A DNA stretch of 38,552 bases from Octopus bimaculoides (Eukaryota): NCBI RefSeq assembly GCF_001194135.2, contig NC_068997.1:8301500-8340051 (forward strand), read 5' to 3'. Every line of letters starts with the position of its first letter. Positions within the stretch are counted from its first letter, which is position 1. Below, in pieces: positions 34,301 through 38,552 of this stretch. A program made the position numbers and the translations under genes. Below the pieces are notes generated by a model that worked only from the letters and a program-made list of their open reading frames with translations, was not told the origin of the DNA and searched no databases.

Positions 34301-35158
34301 ATGGGAGGGCATTGAGTGTGGTAGTAAGATATGAAAGGTGTGTCAAGTATAGTAGACCTAAGAGGAGAGGAAGAGATAACTAAAGGTTTAGAAATGGGAG
34401 TGATCAGTGAAAAATAGTGTGAGGAAAGGTCAATAAGGAGAATGAGAAATGGATGTTAATAGGAAATGGTTCCAGGGTAGGACAGAGATGACTGGAATGT
34501 GAAAACGTGGGGATGAAATATGTGCAGCACAAAAAATTGAGCTTCAGTTTTGCATTTAATCCTTTCGTTACTGAATTTATTTTGAGATGCTCTGTGTTTC
34601 TTTCAATTGCTTTAAATATAACAAAGAATTTAGTAAAATAACTTGGTTATCATTCAGCTAGTGTTAGGAACATAAATTGTGACTAAAGTTTGGTGGAAGA
34701 TTTTAATTCAAAACTTATGAAAACAAGACATTTGTACTACAGAGCCAGAGGTGGTTTCAGCCGGGTTGGTACCAAAAGGGTTAACCTACCAGAAGTAAAT
34801 GACGTGTGCGTGTGTGTTTTATATGTTCGTGTATGCATACATAACATTAAATTTTAGGAAAATCTTGAATTTATTGTTTTATCTAAGCCTTTATTTAAAA
34901 TTCTGATGTAGATATTATAAATTTTCTTGTTTACCTTTTGTTTTCAGGTCTGTGAAAGGTCTTGAAGATGAAATGCGAATCTGTCCCAGATGTGATGAAT
35001 CATTTTCAAATGATGTAAGTGAGAGTGAATTCAGTGAACACATAGCAAACCATTTTGGACGTGTTTGTCCAATTTGTAAAAAAGTCACAGATGATGATGT
35101 ATCTCAGGATATGTATGAAAATCATGTTTATGAGTGCATTAAAAGGGGGGAAATGTAA
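18178..35158 (+). CDS. TAX1BP1: Tax1-binding protein 1 / CALCOCO-family selective autophagy receptor; join(18178..18466,19399..19625,21492..21701,22452..22595,23654..23821,24551..24688,25911..26018,26976..27134,28811..28946,30938..31233,31644..31983,33383..33452,34948..35158)
   Basis: Thirteen GT-AG exons join in frame (2496 nt, 831 aa + stop). SKICH hallmarks DWVGLYKVGW and DDGEFYQFCYV...GASTPFQF, DMLVI motif, coiled coil, LLYGNPY and two Cx2C-x15-H-x3-H/C fingers. Two fingers and the length fit TAX1BP1 better than NDP52/CALCOCO1, but it may be co-orthologous to the whole vertebrate family. Confidence 0.92.
18652..18810 (+). mobile_element. Old tRNA-derived SINE (head plus TTGAGCAAGGCAC-type central domain)
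   Basis: GGAGGCATGTAGCCTAATGGCTAGAATG...GGGTTCGATTCC head; related copy at 27700-27990. Confidence 0.55.
19096..19252. repeat. (TA)-flanked palindrome, ~61-bp arms
   Basis: Arms 19096-19156 and 19192-19252, 7 mismatches, 35-nt spacer. Confidence 0.9.
19399..19625 (+). CDS. TAX1BP1: Coding exon 2 (SKICH C-half and LIR-like motif)
   Basis: TTTGCAG|CA; (S)HQMPGDDGEFYQFCYV...DMLVI...STLLE; GAG|GTGAGA. Confidence 0.95.
20620..21420 (+). mobile_element. CR1/Jockey-group LINE reverse-transcriptase remnant
   Basis: PSN..YRPV...SRVMETDINN, HQW...GESKVVALDISKGYDHV*H, ISWNSSFILDHTI (ALDISKAFDRVWH and W..SFL.DR motifs), heavily decayed. Confidence 0.65.
21492..21701 (+). CDS. TAX1BP1: Coding exon 3 (coiled coil)
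   Basis: TTTAAG|GAC; DIEEYK...EDVNE; GAA|GTGAGT; 210 nt, phase 0-0. Confidence 0.85.
21902..22122. repeat. (CT)n microsatellite spanning a gap
   Basis: Direct reading. Many (TA)n, (CA)n and (CAT)n tracts occur elsewhere. Confidence 0.95.
22452..22595 (+). CDS. TAX1BP1: Coding exon 4 (coiled coil)
   Basis: TAAAG|CAA; QNTTLK...EMYK; AAG|GTATAT; 144 nt, phase 0-0. Confidence 0.85.
23181..23570 (-). mobile_element. SINE family A, young copy
   Basis: Highly similar to 16272-16687 and 25039-25529. Confidence 0.85.
23654..23821 (+). CDS. TAX1BP1: Coding exon 5 (coiled coil)
   Basis: TTTAG|TCT; SQLSNRE...LLISKK; AAG|GTAAAT; 168 nt, phase 0-0. An in-frame alternative acceptor lies 6 nt downstream. 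Confidence 0.85.
23893..24118 (+). mobile_element. SINE family C, older copy
   Basis: Homologous to 4181-4382. Confidence 0.65.
24551..24688 (+). CDS. TAX1BP1: Coding exon 6 (coiled coil)
   Basis: CTAAAG|GAA; EEITRLG...SADLE; GAA|GTAAGT; 138 nt, phase 0-0. Confidence 0.85.
25039..25529 (-). mobile_element. SINE family A, young copy with gap in its (TA)n
   Basis: Highly similar to 23181-23570. Confidence 0.85.
25911..26018 (+). CDS. TAX1BP1: Coding exon 7 (coiled coil)
   Basis: AATTAG|ACA; TARGES...DKLTE; GAG|GTAATT; 108 nt, phase 0-0. Confidence 0.85.
26976..27134 (+). CDS. TAX1BP1: Coding exon 8 (coiled coil)
   Basis: TTTCAG|GCC; ANENLK...LTNKL; CTT|GTAAGT; 159 nt, phase 0-0. Confidence 0.85.
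27700..27990 (+). mobile_element. Old tRNA-derived SINE
   Basis: Head plus CCTTGAGCAAGACACTTTATTTCACGTTACTCCAGTCCAC domain shared with 18652-18810. Confidence 0.55.
28296..28507 (-). mobile_element. Family-B/RTE 3' tail
   Basis: (CAT)n-CGTTTAACGTCCGCTTTCCATGCTAGCATGGG...; reverse homolog of 3795-4025. Confidence 0.8.
28811..28946 (+). CDS. TAX1BP1: Coding exon 9
   Basis: GTGCAG|TCT; SSLNIQ...CSEEYKKLY...IEKL; A|GTAAGT; phase 0-1. Confidence 0.88.
29714..30065 (-). mobile_element. Family-B/RTE 3' tail with internal repeats
   Basis: Same tail plus the ~60-bp internal units. Confidence 0.75.
30938..31233 (+). CDS. TAX1BP1: Coding exon 10
   Basis: ATTCAG|AA; (K)SAKH...SKSGSK; AAG|GTTTGT; phase 1-0. 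Confidence 0.82.
31644..31983 (+). CDS. TAX1BP1: Coding exon 11 (YGNPY motif, Pro-rich linker)
   Basis: TTCTTAG|AAC; NKKLSAS...LLYGNPY...LPLPIEPTVLP...CSTN; G|GTAAGT; phase 0-1. Confidence 0.88.
32010..32470 (-). mobile_element. 5'-truncated RTE LINE (ORF2 end plus 3' UTR)
   Basis: Reverse strand (L)RWY..VMHRNRVRKC*SL....CVRDRPR.T...VVKCDLRMLSLTQAMTHDQDFWQFAMLEKT continues into the family-B tail ending in (GAT)n-like repeats. Confidence 0.75.
32640..33045 (+). mobile_element. Old SINE family A copy, sense orientation
   Basis: Decayed head and tail of family A around gap 32735-32812. Confidence 0.6.
33383..33452 (+). CDS. TAX1BP1: Coding exon 12 (70 nt)
   Basis: TTCCACAG|AT; (D)KPATELPVHLFERTDSVHDGIE; CA|GTAAGT. 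Needed to reconcile the phase 1 end of exon 11 with the phase 2 start of exon 13. Confidence 0.85.
33689..33897. mobile_element. piggyBac-like MITE family E, truncated, reverse orientation
   Basis: Starts TTAACCCTTTTGAAACC; reverse homolog of 34556-34784. Confidence 0.6.
34556..34784. mobile_element. piggyBac-like MITE family E
   Basis: TTAA-TCCTTTCGTTAC...GGTACCAAAAGGG-TTAA. Confidence 0.7.
34948..35158 (+). CDS. TAX1BP1: Coding exon 13 (two UBZ-type zinc fingers, stop)
   Basis: TTTTCAG|G; ICPRCDESF...EHIANHFGRVCPICKK...ENHVYECIKRGEM*. Confidence 0.93.
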
Positions 35159-35993
35159 TTGAGGGACCAGTAATTTGATTTTCAGTCAATTCTCAATTTT
35201 GCCTTGTTGTTTGTATCAGATTTTTGATGAATTGTAACCTAGTGATATTTAAATCCTGCCAGAACCAACATCTTTCACCCTTCCAGGATAAATAAGAGAA
35301 AGTGAAAGTGGAGCACTGGAGTCAATTTAGACACAAGACTGCCAGAAATTTCAGATTGAAGTGGGATGGCTTGTAGTTCATTATATTGACTCCAATACTT
35401 GACTGGTACATGTTTATTTCATTTACCCCAGGAGGGTATCACAGTGATAACAAGATATTTTTCTCTATTGATAAAAAAAAAACAAAAAAAAAAAAAACTT
35501 TCAATGTAGACAGGGTATGAGTTCCATGTTTAGAAGTTGAATTTAATTGTAGATATTCATCAAAACCTGGTAAATAACCAGAAACCAGAAATTCAAATTG
35601 AATAATTTTTATTGAAAGAAATTAAAAATATATAAGTACAGAGGAGTCAATATATTTATTAGAATATTCAGTTAATATGGCTAAGCAAGTTAATTAGAAA
35701 AAAAACAAAACATTATATTTACCTGACTTCTTAAGAACACCTTTAGAATCTAACTAAATTGATTTGTTTTTGCTATTTTGCTTATCTTAACATTCTACTG
35801 AGAAAGCTTCAGAAATATATGTTTTCTGTTTATAAATATCACAAAACAAAATATTCTTTGAGTTTTTTTTCTGCTTTTTTTTTTTGTAATGCTTATTAAT
35901 ATTTCTGCAATATTTTATTAAATCAGTATTCTACTCATATCCTGTACAATTTCTTTCGTATAGGGTAATTATTCCCATTTAATTTGTATTATG

Positions 35994-35999
35994 AATAAA
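35994..35999 (+). terminator. Candidate polyadenylation signal
   Basis: AATAAA ~840 nt after the stop, followed by a GT/T-rich stretch. Unverified in very AT-rich DNA. Confidence 0.35.
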
Positions 36000-36229
36000 A
36001 GTGCTTTTTGGCATTTATTGTAATTTGGTCACTTTTTTTAAAGTTCTTCCGTAATCCCAAACTTGCTCTTTTTGCTGCTTGGCATTATAATATAAACAAA
36101 ACTGAGCCTCAAACATGGAAACTGTTTTATATTTTGACATGCCCTATATTTTTACATTCTTATTTTTCTCATGCTTTATACTTATCAATTTATAAAATAT
36201 TCTAGTTGCCTCTTTGTACCTTTTTAGAG

Positions 36230-36440
36230 TTGTCAAAAGCCAATGGTGGAGCTTCTAAATAACAAATCTCTTTCAAGTCACACCCTACACTGTCTTTTAA
36301 AAATACCATATTGGTTAATGTAGTTCAAGGTATGCTATTCTTGAAAAAAAAGATAGGATGGTCATAGGTGGATACTTATGATCATAGGTCAGCTTAATCA
36401 AGGTTAATCTGGGACTACACAACAGCAATAACAAAAACAA
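36230..36440 (+). mobile_element. Old SINE-like repeat (family F)
   Basis: AAATCTCTTTCAAGTCACACCCT...GGATGGTCATAGG...GATCATAGGTC; related fragments at ~310-395 and, in reverse, ~2520-2620, 4590-4760, 20290-20440 and 22170-22330. Confidence 0.45.
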
Positions 36441-37405
36441 TTGTTTCTCTTATTCTAATGAACACTAAGCTTGAGCTGCTTTAAGAAATCTTCCCCTTTG
36501 CTATGGAAGCATTGCATTCCCAAGACTCTTACCGTAATGTAGAATTCCACCGTGTAAGAAGTGAAGTCAATGCCGAAAAAGCTTCACATTACAGAAATGC
36601 ATGTCTTAGCAATAATTTCAGAGAACTCAATGCTTCCATAATACGGAAATGTCTATTACACAAAAAAATGGTGTAAACTCTATTGAAATACTTAGAGAAC
36701 ACATAGCTGCCAATTTTAGTTTATATATTCTCAGCAAATCTACCACCAGATGCATCTTGCGTTCCCTTTTTATTCTACTTAAGACTGTACCAAGAAAAAT
36801 TATTTCAGTTAATTTAAGAGCATTCCATTTATGAATAGTGATCAACATTCCAAATCTAGCATTTTTCGTTTTTTCCTGTCAGTGGCATCTTTTATTCATT
36901 GCTGACATGGGTCAAGCTTGTAACTCTATCTGATTAATATTTTAGCTTCTGACTACTTATTAAACTGAGAATAGAACTGATTTACAGCAAGGAAAGACTG
37001 AGGCAATGTGCCTTGATGATTCTAGTGTGATTTTCTTTCATTATGTGAGATAAGAAGTGTATAATGAGTAATTCTGTGTCTATTAATGACGATGCTCTTA
37101 ACATTTACATCAGCTGATGTGCTCACCTGTGTGTGTGTGTGTGTATATATTTATATATATATATATATATATATATNNNNNNNNNNNNNNNNNNNNNNNN
37201 NNNNNNNNNNNNNNNNNNNNNNNNNNNNNNNNNNNNNNNNNNNNNNNNNNNNNNNNNNNNNNNNNNNNNNNNNNNNNNNNNNNNATATATAGTTTTAGGG
37301 AAAATAACCAATTTTCAAGAACTTATCTATAAGGCTCAATTTAATTTAAATTTTTTATAAATTGATTTTAATTGAGTTTTTTACCTGTAATTTTGGATTT
37401 TGTCC

Positions 37406-37470
<65 letters not shown>

Positions 37471-37476
37471 ATACAC

Positions 37477-37578
37477 TTTTATTAAAGCTGAATAACTGCC
37501 TCAAAAACTGTTACTCGGACAGTTGTGTACATGAAACTCTGAGTAACTTTTTGTGACAATTTTGTAGCTTTAAGAAAA
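37477..37578. repeat. Palindrome, ~45-bp imperfect arms
   Basis: TTTTATTAAAGCTG...AAAAACTGTTACTCGGA versus CTCTGAGTAACTTTTTG...AGCTTTAAGAAAA. Confidence 0.7.
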
Positions 37579-37645
37579 ACATATTACTCTACCCTTGCTA
37601 TTCGAGTACTATTTTTTCCACCTTGTTCTGCATTTATGTGCTCAC

Positions 37646-37677
<32 letters not shown>

Positions 37678-37744
37678 GCATGACCGCAGCCACTTGGCTG
37701 AAACACATAAATAAATAAATAAATATATATATATATATATATGT

Positions 37745-37897
37745 ATATCATTTAATACACAGTATAAAGATACGAGCTGCTAATAGTTTCATGCACTGGA
37801 GATGCAGTCTAAACAGGTTTTAATAAAAGATGCCTTGTATCTCCAATGCATGAAACTATTAGTAGCTCGTATCTTTATACTCTGTATTAAATGATAT
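37745..37897. repeat. (TA)-flanked palindrome, 62-bp arms
   Basis: Arms 37745-37806 and 37836-37897, 4 mismatches, 29-nt spacer. Confidence 0.92.
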
Positions 37898-38110
37898 TTA
37901 TCTCACTGGATGGAGTACTTTATTTTTGCTGATCTTACCCTAATTGTAAAGTAAACTATATGTAGTGGCACAACAAGGTACCTTGTTATGCCATTATTTC
38001 CAATTGATAATTCTACCTTTACAGTGATTTATTCCACTGGAAAATGATACTATTGTATTGTAATAATATCTATATATAATATAATAATATCTATATATAT
38101 ATATATATGG

Positions 38111-38392
38111 GGGGAAAATTGAAAAAGGTGACAAACACTCAGGATGCATTCAAAATACGTCCAACAGGAAGAATTATGGTCAGCGCTGCATCAATCTCAC
38201 CAGGAAAGATGTAAACAGCCACACTTATCAAATAGACATTTTTACAGATATATCTTTCTTGATGAGATTGATGCATTGCTGACCATACTTCTTCCTCACC
38301 GACGTATTTTGAATGCATTCACTGAAACATATGTAGAAGATATAAATGTTTTAATAACATCCTGAGCATTTGTCTCCTTTTTCAATTTTTCC
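38111..38392. repeat. (TA)-flanked palindrome, ~108-bp arms, right arm 39 nt longer
   Basis: Arms ~38111-38218 and ~38245-38392. The left arm lacks the segment between two CAT copies. Confidence 0.85.
38249..38344 (+). ncRNA. Type I hammerhead-ribozyme-like motif, minimal Penelope-type, C3>U variant
   Basis: Stem I TATATCTTTC(38249-58)/GAAGATATA(38336-44); core TTGATGA(38259-65); stem II including ATGCATT/AATGCAT; GAAA(38324-27); palindromic stem III ACATATGT; cleavage triplet GTA(38333-35). Folded by hand, not tested. Confidence 0.55.
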
Positions 38393-38513
38393 TATTTTCT
38401 CTTAAATACGACTTACTTATCCTAGAATCAAACCACACACAAGTGTGGTCATTATTTTCTAGGACACAAAAAGCAACATTTAGCGACCTTGTAATTATTC
38501 CCCTGGATCTTAT

Positions 38514-38552
<39 letters not shown>

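Noticed and set aside
38144-38365. 73-aa ORF as a transposase fragment
   Set aside because: No transposase motif; the region is explained by the palindrome and hammerhead-like motif.

Overview
AT-rich, microsatellite- and transposon-dense animal genomic DNA with seven N-gaps. The repeat repertoire looks like an octopod cephalopod draft assembly (my recognition, not a database result). The only protein-coding gene I can support is a + strand TAX1BP1/CALCOCO-family selective-autophagy receptor. It has 13 coding exons from 18178 to 35158, all GT-AG and phase-consistent, giving a 2496-nt CDS (831 aa): SKICH domain, DMLVI LIR-like motif, long coiled coil, YGNPY motif and two C-terminal UBZ-type zinc fingers. 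A probable non-coding first exon and promoter lie near 10.3-11.4 kb. The rest is transposon debris: a Helitron 3' end, tRNA-type SINEs, RTE, CR1-group, Tx1-like and R4/Dong-like LINE fragments, a Tc1 fragment, and piggyBac-like, hAT-like and foldback MITEs. The most unusual signal is a set of (TA)n-associated palindromes (19.1 kb and 37.3-38.5 kb) whose arms carry hammerhead-ribozyme-like cores of the Penelope-element type, with one nearly complete type I hammerhead at 38249-38344. Two microhomology-bounded templated insertions/duplications are also visible. No CRISPR arrays, rRNA or true tRNA genes were found. Repeat boundaries are approximate; exon boundaries were read base by base.
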